Shown here piece after piece: positions 1 to 9,725 of a stretch of DNA of 64,000 nucleotides. The notes beneath the pieces were generated by a model. The model had not been told where the DNA came from. It did not search any database and saw nothing but the letters and a program-made list of their open reading frames with translations. The stretch's first letter is position 1. The number at the start of each line of letters is the position of its first letter. Position numbers and translations under genes: made by a program. Origin of the DNA: a virus (taxonomy: Duplodnaviria; Caudoviricetes); the IMG/VR virus record IMGVR_UViG_3300034062_006701. One strand, 5' to 3'.

Positions 1-30
1 GTCCTTTACAGAGAAGAAATAATTTATTAC

Positions 31-504
31 ATGAACAAAGATTCTAATCTTATTTTTGAAGCATATAAGAAGGTTAATGAAGTTTCTCTCTCTTATGATA
101 GAGAAGGTAATGCGTATGATTCATTGCAGGATTATCACAATGCAAATGTAGCTAAAGAGCAGAAGACAGACATTGTACCCTCTGATGAAGAGATACAAGC
201 TGCATTAACCAGCTTTAAAAGCAAGTCTACAGTAGAGGAAGTAAAAGAAGCTATTAATGCAGTTGTTGAATACTACAAGCCAACTTCGGAGGAGGAGCTC
301 AAGGACTACATGTATGAAGATTATTGTGATATAAACAATCTCGGACTCGGAGTTGGTAAGCAACAATATCCATATAAAAAAGACGCAGTCGCCGAGGTTG
401 CTGTAAGACTTGCAGATACAAAGAGAATGTGGAGACAAAAGAAGGAGCGTAATGCACGTGGTGAGAACGCTGAAGAGGGCTCAAGAGAAGAAGATAATTC
501 TTAA
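31..504 (+). CDS. hypothetical acidic protein, possible virion-internal protein
   Basis: 157-aa ORF; N-terminus (LIFEAY) resembles that of the next ORF. Confidence 0.75.
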   Translation: MNKDSNLIFEAYKKVNEVSLSYDREGNAYDSLQDYHNANVAKEQKTDIVPSDEEIQAALTSFKSKSTVEEVKEAINAVVEYYKPTSEEELKDYMYEDYCDINNLGLGVGKQQYPYKKDAVAEVAVRLADTKRMWRQKKERNARGENAEEGSREEDNS

Positions 505-517
505 TGATTTAAGCTAA

Positions 518-523
518 TAAATA
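518..523 (+). promoter_or_regulatory. T4-type late promoter TAAATA
   Basis: TAAATA, 5 nt, then ATG at 529. Confidence 0.65.
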
Positions 524-528
524 TTTTT

Positions 529-1014
529 ATGCACAGAGACGACACTAACTTAACTAATGCTTATCGTAGGGTATATCTTACCGAAGACGCAGACTTCCGT
601 GATCAAGAACTCGGAGTAGATCCTGAGGAAGCTAAAGTCTATGATGATGCAAAGAAAGATATCAGCTATGAGAAGTATCCATTCTGGGATGCTTATCATG
701 CAGTAAAAGAAGGCGCTTGGACAGAGGACGATTTCGTTCAATGGGCACGCTCTGTTTGGGCTGATGGTGCAGACAATCAAGCTTCGCATTCTTATGGAGA
801 AGATGCAGAGGGTATAAAATCAAATAACGTTGATGTTAATACTTTTATTGATGCTTTGAAAGCGAGAGAAATTAAAAAAGGTAATAAAGACTTTGCAAAC
901 GCAGCAGTAATAGGGGTTCTAAGCGCTCTTGTAAAGGACGTACTTAACGGTGAATCGTCTAAAGACATACAACATTCTATTAATAGAATGTATGAGGTTT
1001 ATTCAGAAGAATAA
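529..1014 (+). CDS. hypothetical late protein
   Basis: 161-aa ORF behind TAAATA. Confidence 0.8.
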   Translation: MHRDDTNLTNAYRRVYLTEDADFRDQELGVDPEEAKVYDDAKKDISYEKYPFWDAYHAVKEGAWTEDDFVQWARSVWADGADNQASHSYGEDAEGIKSNNVDVNTFIDALKAREIKKGNKDFANAAVIGVLSALVKDVLNGESSKDIQHSINRMYEVYSEE

Positions 1015-1030
1015 TATACCTTAATGGTAT

Positions 1031-1312
1031 ATGCCTAAAGCAAAGCTCTCTCTCCTTAAAAAAGGAATTCTAGATGAATTTCTGTCTGACTTCCTTACCC
1101 TACCCTGGAAGGTAAGGAAAGAACTCCTAGACCCTATCTATGAGTTGTATGAGGATGATCCAGATATTACCCAGAGAGATATCTATTCAGCTCTCTTCTA
1201 TATGACCTATGGGTTTGATCCGTCTGTTAAGATTACCCCGATTGCTGAGGTATTTAAGATGTTTAAGATCTACAGGGATAAATGGATTATGATCGATCTA
1301 ACTGACGTTTAA
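1031..1312 (+). CDS. hypothetical protein
   Basis: 93-aa ORF. Confidence 0.65.
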   Translation: MPKAKLSLLKKGILDEFLSDFLTLPWKVRKELLDPIYELYEDDPDITQRDIYSALFYMTYGFDPSVKITPIAEVFKMFKIYRDKWIMIDLTDV

Positions 1313-1382
1313 CGTCTACCGATCCTGAACCATATCATCATCTGTGTTCCAACTATAGGAATATAAAAAAGAGGCTAAGCTT

Positions 1383-1562
1383 TTATATGAGCTCTTTCTC
1401 AAGTACTGCAATTTGATAATTGATCTGATCCTGCAAGTTAGCACCATACATCATATGCTGTTTAATCATAGATTCAAGCACAAACACAATGTGGTGTTGA
1501 TCCTTTTTAGCTTTAATCAAAAGGTTTACTAAATCGGATATACTCTTTCGTTCTTGGGACAT
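1383..1562 (-). CDS. small hypothetical protein (59 aa, MSQERKS...)
   Basis: hand-translated, below the ORF-track cutoff. Confidence 0.55.
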   Translation of the reverse strand: MSQERKSISDLVNLLIKAKKDQHHIVFVLESMIKQHMMYGANLQDQINYQIAVLEKELI

Positions 1563-1601
1563 ATTCTATCCCAAGTATTTATTCTATTAAAGATGAGATA
1601 A

Positions 1602-1856
1602 TCAGCTACTAACACTACGAGAGAAATTCTTGACCGCAGACCTTGCACCATTAGGCTCATAGTACATCTTAGTATTCTTAAAGGATTGCTGAGACATAAT
1701 TTGAATTTCAGCGCCTGTCTTATGAGAATATACCATTCTTCCAAGTCTTGGTGTACCGAGCTTATGTTTGTTAGCACAGGTAGAACATGCTACCGTTGTA
1801 GGTAAGATCTCTAATCTCTCCTGTTCAATAGCACCTGAACACAATCTACAGATCAT
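1602..1856 (-). CDS. TraR/DksA-family C4 zinc-finger protein
   Basis: CRLC...IEQERLEILPTT..CSTC matches the DksA/TraR C4 finger. Confidence 0.8.
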   Translation of the reverse strand: MICRLCSGAIEQERLEILPTTVACSTCANKHKLGTPRLGRMVYSHKTGAEIQIMSQQSFKNTKMYYEPNGARSAVKNFSRSVSS

Positions 1857-1861
1857 ATTAA

Positions 1862-2098
1862 CTAGGATGCGTTATCCGAACAATAACTATCAAAGTTAAG
1901 CTCTTCTTTAAGGTCATCTATAACACCGTCAAGCATCATAACTGCCTCACGTTCCTCGATTCCATCATACCAGAAATCATGTAGGTTGACAACATCAGGT
2001 AGATCAGAATAAGAGAGTCCGAACGTCTTATGACAACGGATGTTTAGAGCGCGTTTAAAGTCTCTAAAGCTTATAGTAGGTTCATTTAGTATGTTCAT
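1862..2098 (-). CDS. hypothetical protein
   Basis: 78-aa ORF, tightly packed. Confidence 0.7.
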   Translation of the reverse strand: MNILNEPTISFRDFKRALNIRCHKTFGLSYSDLPDVVNLHDFWYDGIEEREAVMMLDGVIDDLKEELNFDSYCSDNAS

Positions 2099-2110
2099 AT
2101 TTCTATTAAA

Positions 2111-2545
2111 TTAACTGCCCCATGAGAATTCAAATACTCTTGTACCGTCTGAACGAGGATCCAATTCGTAGAAACCTTCAAGGAAGAGACAAGCAGTGGA
2201 GCCATCATTTGGATCAATAAGCTGTCTACCCGCCTCATTGATCATTTCCTCCCAACGAGGGTTTGGCATGACTTCACTATTGACCTGCTCGTCGCTGATC
2301 CTCCAATAAGAAGAGAAGAAAATGCAATTACCTTCAAACACCGGCTCGTCTGACCAGATATCTGGATGCCTCACAATCCACTCTTCCGTACCTCCATTAG
2401 AAACTGAATCAAACATTGAGAACTCTAGACCCACTCTACCAAGCTTACTCTTATGCTTACACATTCCCTTTGTAGCCTTCTGCAGAGTATTATAAGAAGA
2501 AGTTGCGGTAAGCTCTAAAAGAGGCGATGTTGCTTTAATTGTCAT
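2111..2545 (-). CDS. hypothetical protein
   Basis: 144-aa ORF with its own sigma70 promoter. Confidence 0.75.
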   Translation of the reverse strand: MTIKATSPLLELTATSSYNTLQKATKGMCKHKSKLGRVGLEFSMFDSVSNGGTEEWIVRHPDIWSDEPVFEGNCIFFSSYWRISDEQVNSEVMPNPRWEEMINEAGRQLIDPNDGSTACLFLEGFYELDPRSDGTRVFEFSWGS

Positions 2546-2551
2546 ACGATG

Positions 2552-2580
2552 AGTATATTCGATTTATCAGGAAGCTTCAA
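2552..2580 (-). promoter_or_regulatory. sigma70-type promoter
   Basis: TTGAAG-17-TATACT, 6 nt, ATG at 2545. Confidence 0.75.
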
Positions 2581-2582
2581 GC

Positions 2583-2756
2583 TTATTTGATAGGAGACGG
2601 GTGGGAGAGCTTCTTCCATTCTACAAGACTATTAACAACAATAACGAGATCGTTAATAGTCTTCTGCTGCTTTTCAATCTCCATATACAGAGCTTGAATC
2701 TCTGCAACAACCGCTGGGTTAATAAGAGCTCCTTCGTGTGTATTTTTAATTTTCAT
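2583..2756 (-). CDS. small coiled-coil hypothetical protein
   Basis: start moved to MKIKNT (2756). Confidence 0.55.
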   Translation of the reverse strand: MKIKNTHEGALINPAVVAEIQALYMEIEKQQKTINDLVIVVNSLVEWKKLSHPSPIK

Positions 2757-2793
2757 ACACCTATTATGGCTAAGGTATATGGAACCTGCAAGC

Positions 2794-3219
2794 CTATACA
2801 GTATGATCGGGGTAGGTTGACCCACCCGGAAGACCTACATCATTATTAGTAAAATTCAGATCAACATCTGCTTTATATAGATAGTCCTTCTCAAGAAGGA
2901 GCTCCTTCTTAGCTTGATCGAGATCTTTATTAGTCGGGTATTGTTCCAAATGATCAAGAGACTTCTTAAGAAGATCTGAGATAACATCATTAACAGAGAT
3001 ATCCTTTTCACAAGAATCAGAAATAAGCATCTCGAGTACCTCTCTAGGCCATTCGGAGATCTCAATCTCCATCTTTACATAAGGACGAAGCTCGATTGAG
3101 CCATCATCATGATGTTTAACACTAAACTTAGTTCCAGGACCTGCTCCAATCTCCTGAAGTTCTTCTTCAGTGAACTGAATATAGGCATCGTTAGTTGGTT
3201 GTAGTACTTTCTTTGTCAT
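2794..3219 (-). CDS. AbrB/MazE-like DNA-binding domain protein
   Basis: DAYIQFTEEELQEIGAGPGTKFSV..DDGSIELRP fits the swapped-hairpin pattern. Confidence 0.55.
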   Translation of the reverse strand: MTKKVLQPTNDAYIQFTEEELQEIGAGPGTKFSVKHHDDGSIELRPYVKMEIEISEWPREVLEMLISDSCEKDISVNDVISDLLKKSLDHLEQYPTNKDLDQAKKELLLEKDYLYKADVDLNFTNNDVGLPGGSTYPDHTV

Positions 3220-3763
3220 AATTGTTTATAGAATTGTATATGATTTCAACAGCCTTATCAACTGTCAATTCGTTATAATAAGGACTTTTATATGGAAGCC
3301 AGACTTCTACATTTGCATCAGCTTCATAAGGAGAATCAATTCCTGACATATTTTCAACTACTCCATCTCTGAACATTCTATAAAGTCCTTTAGAATCTCT
3401 TTGTTCACAAATCTCAAGAGGGGTATCTACAAATACTTCAATAAAATTAGCATTTGAATAACTTGTAAGAATATGACGAGCTTGTTTTCTCATTTCTATA
3501 AGAGGGGAGATACTAGCAACAATGACAGCTTCTGTCTTTTGGCATTCAATCATATTCCTGACAGCATAGATCATTCTATTAACTGCCTTCCATCTTCCCT
3601 CTATATCAAAGCCAACAGGTGTCTTTGTATCAAGTCTTAGAGTGTCACCATCAGCAACACCTGATCTAATACCTTCTATTCTTAATTTAAAATTAAGAGC
3701 ATTAGCAATAGAAGTCTTACCAGCACCAGATAGACCTGTTAACCAAATTACTGTAGGTTTCAT
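3191..3763 (-). CDS. cysC: adenylyl-sulfate (APS) kinase
   Basis: GLSGAGKT P-loop, DGD.LR, SISP, EVFVDTPLEICEQRDSKGLY, GIDSPYE. Confidence 0.92.
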   Translation of the reverse strand: MKPTVIWLTGLSGAGKTSIANALNFKLRIEGIRSGVADGDTLRLDTKTPVGFDIEGRWKAVNRMIYAVRNMIECQKTEAVIVASISPLIEMRKQARHILTSYSNANFIEVFVDTPLEICEQRDSKGLYRMFRDGVVENMSGIDSPYEADANVEVWLPYKSPYYNELTVDKAVEIIYNSINNYDKESTTTN

Positions 3764-4116
3764 ACAGTCTTCTCTCTACCAAGCCACCTCTTATCCCATT
3801 CAGCTTGAGGTGTATATTCCTGAATAGTCTCCCAAAGAGAATCAATAGTGTGACAGATTTCTACCTTCTTCTTACCAACTGTCTTATAAGCTTTGTTAGG
3901 CTTTCCCTTCCCAGTTAGAGATGGTCTTTCATAAAGATACCAATCAATCCATCCAATCTGCTCATCATTGAAATGAGACTTCAAAAGGAGATCAACCATC
4001 CTTTCATAAGGTTCAGTGTAACTTAACAGATCAATACCAAGATCATAAGTCTTTCGACCCTTTTCATGCATTAGCTGAAGCTTTAAGATAATTTCTTCAA
4101 AGAGTTCTTTTGTCAT
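3760..4116 (-). CDS. hypothetical protein
   Basis: 118-aa ORF behind a cassette promoter. Confidence 0.75.
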   Translation of the reverse strand: MTKELFEEIILKLQLMHEKGRKTYDLGIDLLSYTEPYERMVDLLLKSHFNDEQIGWIDWYLYERPSLTGKGKPNKAYKTVGKKKVEICHTIDSLWETIQEYTPQAEWDKRWLGREKTV

Positions 4117-4122
4117 AATCTT

Positions 4123-4151
4123 ATTCTATATACTTTAGGAGGAGGTATCAA
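4123..4151 (-). promoter_or_regulatory. sigma70-type cassette promoter
   Basis: TTGATA-17-TAGAAT, 6 nt, ATG; the -35 contains the TGA stop of 4148..4372. Confidence 0.8.
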
Positions 4152-4372
4152 GGATCTTCTTTATATGCTACACAATTGATTCTGGAGTTAAGATCAGAGA
4201 TAAGACTAGCAGAAATTCTAGAGCCATCCTGAAGAGTTACACCTAGCCACCAATGACCATTATCCATTCTTTCTAGATGAAAGAACTGAACATCTTCTGC
4301 AATAATCTCATCAAGATTGCCTTCACTATTATATCGAAATTCCCATTCAGGTTTCATATTACCAATTATCAA
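4148..4372 (-). CDS. hypothetical protein
   Basis: 74-aa ORF. Confidence 0.7.
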   Translation of the reverse strand: MIIGNMKPEWEFRYNSEGNLDEIIAEDVQFFHLERMDNGHWWLGVTLQDGSRISASLISDLNSRINCVAYKEDP

Positions 4373-4607
4373 AGTCTAGACCTCTTTGTGTCATGATCTC
4401 CCAGAACTCTTTTCTAGCTTCTTCGAGAGCATCATAATAATCATCAGACTTTCCTTTATTGTCTCCAGTGTCTTCTGGATACTTGATCTTGTCTCTTAGG
4501 TATTGATCCATGTCCCAGGCAACCAAATACCAGCTAGTGGCATTGGATGCAAGTTTGAAGTCTGATTGTTCCTCTGGTAGATTAAAAGTTAATGTTCCTG
4601 TGGGCAT
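4359..4607 (-). CDS. hypothetical protein
   Basis: 82-aa ORF behind a promoter. Confidence 0.75.
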   Translation of the reverse strand: MPTGTLTFNLPEEQSDFKLASNATSWYLVAWDMDQYLRDKIKYPEDTGDNKGKSDDYYDALEEARKEFWEIMTQRGLDFDNW

Positions 4608-4613
4608 ATTCTT

Positions 4614-4641
4614 ATTATATATCTTTATGATGGAGTGTCAA
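4614..4641 (-). promoter_or_regulatory. sigma70-type promoter
   Basis: TTGACA-16-TATAAT, 6 nt, ATG; the -35 contains the stop of 4638..6122. Confidence 0.8.
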
Positions 4642-6122
4642 GAATTATTTTTCACATTGTGCCAAGGCCACTTACCATTCTTCATAAAGTAATCATAATT
4701 CGGATCCCTGTTTGCTTTCACTACTTTAAGTTCTTCTATCATTCTTTCAAGCTTTGCTACTTTCAGAGCTAAATCAGATGCTGCTTCTTCCCATGACTTC
4801 TCATCCTTTGATTCCTTACATTTATTACAAGGACACTTCCAAGGCTTTTCAAAATAATCTAAAACATCCTTACCTTCATCAAATCTCTCTTCAAGATTCT
4901 CAGCTGTTGTTTTATCATCTTCCCAATCATTAGGAACACCCTCATCAGCCATCCAATCAATTGTTTCGCCTTGGAACTCATTAGGAAATGACTTTGGTAA
5001 ATCATTTAGAGTATCTGCATACTCAGTAACTCTCTTCAAAAGCTCTTCAGCATTAAACTCTACCTCTTTTACAGGCTGTTCAAAGTCACTTGGATCATAA
5101 TCCTCAAATCCCTGGGTCTTCATATTCTTAAGTTCTTCAACAGCTTCTTTTACTTGTTCTCCTTCTAAAGGATCTTCATTGCTAAATTCAGACTCAACAA
5201 AATCAATGATATTTTTATTGTACTTTTCCTCGAATGCCTTATCTCTCTGCTCATTCAACCAATCAGAATAATGCTTCGGATAAGCTGATGCTGCACCATC
5301 ATAACCACCCCAATGGAGAGGGTACATAGGATGCTTTTGAGATTCCTTTTTTAGCTTTTCAACTTCTGCTTTTAACTCATCCCTCTCTTTAAGAAATCTC
5401 AAACAGGCATTTGCTACAACAACACCATGATTTTTTAACTCAGCATGGTTAATGATATATTCACGAACACCATTCCACTGATTTCGCTGATAAACATTAC
5501 TCTCCTTAAGTTTATCAATTTCTTTCTGCAACTTATTCATATCATCATAGCTAAAGCTTTGGGCATACTTGTCTTGATAATCTCTCAATTTACTCTTCAG
5601 TGCTTCAATCTCTTTATTAGCAGCATTAAGTTGGTGCTTATATTCATCCCTCTCTTCAGCACACTTCTTATAGTCATTCTGAATAATTTGAGTCTTAGCC
5701 TCATTAAAGGTTATACCATAGCTCTTCCCTTCTTTCTGAAGCAGTCTTTCAATCAACTCAACATTCTCAGTAATCTTCTTTACATACTTCTCATTAACTC
5801 TTTGAAGAGAATCTTTTAATTGCTTTTGATCTTCAATATCTTTTTTAAGCTTTGCATTCTCCTGTCTAAGCTCTACAGCAGCATTGTGCTCCTTAGTCCC
5901 ATCTTCTTCAATGGACTTGAGAAGAGCTTTATTGTTTTCATTCTCAGTCCAAAGTTCTTTATAAAGCTTTATAAATTCATCTGCTGTATATACTTTATCA
6001 TCAACAGTAAAAGTTGGTGTAGTTGTATAGGACCAAAAAGGCCAAGGTTGCTTACTCACAAGCTCTTCAGGTGTTGTAGAGTCACCAGCACTACCAAATT
6101 TTGGGAATAGATTAAAATTCAT
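4638..6122 (-). CDS. long coiled-coil hypothetical protein
   Basis: 494 aa, E/K-rich heptads. Confidence 0.8.
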   Translation of the reverse strand: MNFNLFPKFGSAGDSTTPEELVSKQPWPFWSYTTTPTFTVDDKVYTADEFIKLYKELWTENENNKALLKSIEEDGTKEHNAAVELRQENAKLKKDIEDQKQLKDSLQRVNEKYVKKITENVELIERLLQKEGKSYGITFNEAKTQIIQNDYKKCAEERDEYKHQLNAANKEIEALKSKLRDYQDKYAQSFSYDDMNKLQKEIDKLKESNVYQRNQWNGVREYIINHAELKNHGVVVANACLRFLKERDELKAEVEKLKKESQKHPMYPLHWGGYDGAASAYPKHYSDWLNEQRDKAFEEKYNKNIIDFVESEFSNEDPLEGEQVKEAVEELKNMKTQGFEDYDPSDFEQPVKEVEFNAEELLKRVTEYADTLNDLPKSFPNEFQGETIDWMADEGVPNDWEDDKTTAENLEERFDEGKDVLDYFEKPWKCPCNKCKESKDEKSWEEAASDLALKVAKLERMIEELKVVKANRDPNYDYFMKNGKWPWHNVKNNS

Positions 6123-6159
6123 TGTTTATATTATGATTCGAATAATCAAGATGTCAAGA

Positions 6160-6429
6160 TTAAAATCCAAACATTAATGCAGTTTGTGTGATAATAGGTT
6201 GGTTACCTCCATGAAACTTAAAGTCTCTACTAATAATTCCACCTAACTGACAATCTCTCTTCTTGGACACTCTAAGATGATACTTGGATTGTAACCTGTT
6301 AATATCTTCTATAAGATCTCTACTATCATGATATGAGCCAATATAGTCTATTACTTTAAATTCTCGTTCTTCATAAGCTCTCAATGTCATTGTAAAGAGC
6401 AACAGTATTAGAGCTGTAGTTTTGTACAT
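6160..6429 (-). CDS. hypothetical protein with signal-peptide-like N-terminus
   Basis: MYKTTALILLLFTMTLRA. Confidence 0.6.
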   Translation of the reverse strand: MYKTTALILLLFTMTLRAYEEREFKVIDYIGSYHDSRDLIEDINRLQSKYHLRVSKKRDCQLGGIISRDFKFHGGNQPIITQTALMFGF

Positions 6430-6472
6430 ATAATAAATATAAATGAAAGTTTAGAAAAATCAATAAGTATCA

Positions 6473-7150
6473 GTGATGACTGATAATATACTTGTAATCT
6501 CAGATGTTCATTTAGGCTCACCTGTCTCAAGGGTTAAGTCATTAGCCAAAGTTTTAAAGAGTGAAAAGTATGATCATTTGATTATAAATGGAGATTTATT
6601 TGACTCATCAGCCATACACAGATATAAAAAGCATCACTGGAAGATTCTAGCTCTCATTAGAAAGATAGCTAAGAAGAAAGAAGTCACCCTCATTAAAGGA
6701 AATCATGATATCAATTCAACATTCCTTATTAAAGTTCTTGGTTTAGAGTTTATTGACAAGTATGAATTGACACTTAATAATAAAAAGTTCTTATTCATTC
6801 ACTTCCATCAATTCGATTCATTCATAAAGAAGTACCCAATTGTAACTCATATTGCTGAAAGCATTTACTATTTCTTTCAGAGTATTGATAGATCAAAGAA
6901 GTTCTCTAGATGGTTAAAAAGAACATCTAAAGTATTCCTAAATGTAAAAGTAAAGATTAGGAATAAGGCTTTAGATTATATTAAAGACAAAGACTATGAT
7001 GCCATTGTTGGAGGACATATTCACTTTGCTGAAAGCTTTAAGTGTTCAGAATCAGGAAAAGAATATTACAACTCAGGATCTTTTTGTGACGAACCTTGTC
7101 ACTATCTTTTAATTGACAAAGAAGCTAATGTTACTTTGAAAGAGATTTAA
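6473..7150 (+). CDS. calcineurin-like metallophosphoesterase (LpxH/YbbF-like)
   Basis: ISDVHLG, NGDLFD, KGNHD, HFHQFD, GGHIH, NSGSF motifs. Confidence 0.85.
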   Translation: MMTDNILVISDVHLGSPVSRVKSLAKVLKSEKYDHLIINGDLFDSSAIHRYKKHHWKILALIRKIAKKKEVTLIKGNHDINSTFLIKVLGLEFIDKYELTLNNKKFLFIHFHQFDSFIKKYPIVTHIAESIYYFFQSIDRSKKFSRWLKRTSKVFLNVKVKIRNKALDYIKDKDYDAIVGGHIHFAESFKCSESGKEYYNSGSFCDEPCHYLLIDKEANVTLKEI

Positions 7151-7459
7151 TTACCAACCACCATAATACCTATTTTTAATAGCTCTTAATTTAGCATGCA
7201 ATTGCTTGAGAATTTTATCATGTGCTACTCTACCTTGAGGGTCTACTGTTTCAAAATAATCTTCTCTTCGCTTATCTGATTCAATCTGTTTAATTTTCTC
7301 TTTAAGTTCTTTTGATTGTGCTAATAGTTTAGCAGCTTCCTCATCTGTTATATTAGGGTTTCTCAATGAGAGTGTCTGACTATTTCCCATAATACTCTCA
7401 ACTAATTTATCAAATTTCATATAATATTATTTATCTATGTTACTTTGAAAGAGATTTAA
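7128..7459. repeat. 23-bp direct repeat ATGTTACTTTGAAAGAGATTTAA flanking gene 7151..7420
   Basis: copies at 7128-7150 and 7437-7459. Confidence 0.9.
7151..7420 (-). CDS. late protein with MKFDKLVESIM N-terminus
   Basis: TAAATA promoter; 5' end shared with 7456..7911. Confidence 0.8.
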   Translation of the reverse strand: MKFDKLVESIMGNSQTLSLRNPNITDEEAAKLLAQSKELKEKIKQIESDKRREDYFETVDPQGRVAHDKILKQLHAKLRAIKNRYYGGW

Positions 7460-7911
7460 AGAGCTTGTTCTAGGTTTGATCTAAAGAGCTTATTAAATTC
7501 AATCATTGGTGTCCATTCAGGGTTCAATGAATAAATTTGATACACTTGAAAGGAATCAGGTACTTTTAAATTAATTTTTACTGTACCTTTATCATGATAA
7601 TTTGTAAAGTCATTAGCATATTTGTTGAGAATAACTTCCTGTGCATTTTTAGCAGCTTGTATAGTTTTTTCCCTAATTTGTTGAATCTGTTCATCAGAAA
7701 GACCTAAACCTTTGAGTTCTTTGACAATAACCTGTGCATTATATCTAGGGGCACCAGTCTTTGGATCATAAGCAATGTGATCAAAAATCTTTTTACCAAT
7801 ACCTTTCAATCCTTTAGATGCTGGTCTGTCATAATCCCCAAAAACAGATTTAACAACATCTGATTTTTCAAAAGATTCCATAATACTCTCAACTAATTTA
7901 TCAAATTTCAT
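7456..7911 (-). CDS. late protein with MKFDKLVESIM N-terminus
   Basis: TAAATA at 7919-7924; shared 5' end. Confidence 0.8.
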   Translation of the reverse strand: MKFDKLVESIMESFEKSDVVKSVFGDYDRPASKGLKGIGKKIFDHIAYDPKTGAPRYNAQVIVKELKGLGLSDEQIQQIREKTIQAAKNAQEVILNKYANDFTNYHDKGTVKINLKVPDSFQVYQIYSLNPEWTPMIEFNKLFRSNLEQAL

Positions 7912-7943
7912 ATAATATTATTTAATCAATTTGTTTTTTTTAG

Positions 7944-8147
7944 TTAAATCTCATAAAACCAATTCTTCTTAAACTCTTCAAAACTCTTTAACCAGAGATT
8001 AAATTTCCTAAGTCTTTTAGCTCCTTTTCTACCCTTCTTCTTTACCTTCTTAACTCCCTTTGTAATCATCCAGAAGAACATCAGCATCCCAAATGCTAAT
8101 AGACCTACTGCTACATGACCAATAACATGAATATCATTATACTGCAT
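7944..8147 (-). CDS. small membrane protein
   Basis: one hydrophobic segment then a basic tail. Confidence 0.6.
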   Translation of the reverse strand: MQYNDIHVIGHVAVGLLAFGMLMFFWMITKGVKKVKKKGRKGAKRLRKFNLWLKSFEEFKKNWFYEI

Positions 8148-8969
8148 TTAGTGTTGTCCACCTTCCCATGTACTACCACAAGGGCCACCACTCTCATTAA
8201 CATCGATCACAATATCTTCTCCTTCAGGTGTTATCAAGGGTATATAATGTCTGCTGATGCGCTGAGTGGATTTTGGAACATAATGGCAGATAAAGGATCT
8301 ACGAAATCTGTCTTTGGATCTATTTGGCCCTGAGCCATGAATTGAACTACCATTAAAGAATAATGTATCACCTGATTTCATAATACAAGGAACAGCCTTT
8401 TTTCCTTTTGGAGTTGGTACAAAATGGTTTGTGAATGACTCTGCTGCATTGGCTTCTTTTGGACATATAATTTCCTCTTCTGCTGTATCTGCTACAAGAT
8501 ACATTCCACCATTCTCTGGATCTGCATCATCGATAGCAGTCCATGCTGCAACACATGTTTGTGGTTCAACTAAAAGATAGAAATTATCTTGATGCATTGC
8601 CTGTCCTCTAGAGCCTGGTGGTTTGTAGTAAAACATGCTTTGAGCAGCAAGTACATCTTCTTGCATAAGCTCTTTCAAGCAAAAAAGAACAGCTGGATGG
8701 ACAAGATTTTTGCGTGATACAGAGTCATAACGATGTGGTTGCAGCACTCTCGGAAATTCTTTTAAAGGGTCTCCATTTGATTCATCTTTAGAGACAGGGT
8801 AAAAATAATCTTCAATAGTACCACTCTTTGCAATTCGATCAAAGGTATTTTTAATTTCTTCAACTTCAGCTTCAGAAAAGAGACCTCTTGCTACAGCATA
8901 ACCATGTTGCTTAAAGGAGGCTTTCATCTCTTCAAGGTTAACAGATTCAGGGAGTGTATATGTACTCAT
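8148..8969 (-). CDS. phytanoyl-CoA dioxygenase family (Fe(II)/2OG) protein
   Basis: QSMFYYKPPG..GQAMHQDNFY, AWTAIDDADPENG, HGSGPNRS..FRR. Confidence 0.88.
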   Translation of the reverse strand: MSTYTLPESVNLEEMKASFKQHGYAVARGLFSEAEVEEIKNTFDRIAKSGTIEDYFYPVSKDESNGDPLKEFPRVLQPHRYDSVSRKNLVHPAVLFCLKELMQEDVLAAQSMFYYKPPGSRGQAMHQDNFYLLVEPQTCVAAWTAIDDADPENGGMYLVADTAEEEIICPKEANAAESFTNHFVPTPKGKKAVPCIMKSGDTLFFNGSSIHGSGPNRSKDRFRRSFICHYVPKSTQRISRHYIPLITPEGEDIVIDVNESGGPCGSTWEGGQH

Positions 8970-8977
8970 ATTATTAT

Positions 8978-9463
8978 TTATCTTCCTGCTATAAGCATTA
9001 CTCTAGTTATAATCTCTTCCAAATCATCCTTATCATATCTTGGATGCTGATCCCAGTCTGGATCTCCATAATGTTCCAAGTACCAATCGATTTCATTAAC
9101 TATGGATTTAGACAGAAGATTAATAAGTTCAGCTTCAGCTTCTTCTATAGTATCCCAATCTGTATCTTCATAATCATGGTTGATATAACCAGCATGTTGG
9201 ACTGTATAAACAACCTTCTCGCCATATTGATAATCAGTAATGATATAGAAATGACAATCTCGATCTTTATAATAGTCCACACAGACAGTGTTATACCACA
9301 ACTTATTCAGTTCTATAATTTTCTCATGATTGGTCATTTTATTAAACTTTATTATACCACTTCCTAAATTCTTTGCAATAGATTTTCTTACAGTCTTACA
9401 GAATCCTTCCCAAGAACCACAAGAGGATTTCCAATCAGATGTTTTAGGCATTGGTATTTTCAT
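8978..9463 (-). CDS. hypothetical protein
   Basis: 161-aa ORF. Confidence 0.7.
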   Translation of the reverse strand: MKIPMPKTSDWKSSCGSWEGFCKTVRKSIAKNLGSGIIKFNKMTNHEKIIELNKLWYNTVCVDYYKDRDCHFYIITDYQYGEKVVYTVQHAGYINHDYEDTDWDTIEEAEAELINLLSKSIVNEIDWYLEHYGDPDWDQHPRYDKDDLEEIITRVMLIAGR

Positions 9464-9725
9464 AACCCATATTAAGTTCTTGAGCCTGTGCAGTCAATTC
9501 ATTTAGAGCTTGTTCCCTCTTAGCAAAATTAATTATATTCCTTCTGAATCTCTGATAATCTCCTTCATAGATTCCCCAGTCTCCATTACTGAGCTTGGAG
9601 ACAGTTTGACCATTAATAAACTTTGTCCAGGCTGGAATCAGATCCTTAGGGATAGCATTTATAATATCAGCTTCTGGAATACATCCATCCTCTTTAGCCT
9701 TTAGATTTGGAATTACATCACTCAT
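9444..9725 (-). CDS. hypothetical protein
   Basis: start moved to MSDVIP. Confidence 0.7.
   Translation of the reverse strand: MSDVIPNLKAKEDGCIPEADIINAIPKDLIPAWTKFINGQTVSKLSNGDWGIYEGDYQRFRRNIINFAKREQALNELTAQAQELNMGYENTNA

Noticed and set aside
1529-1777. Track ORF overlapping the TraR-like gene, and other short overlapping track ORFs
   Set aside because: Alternative frames of better-supported genes; no independent motif or promoter.
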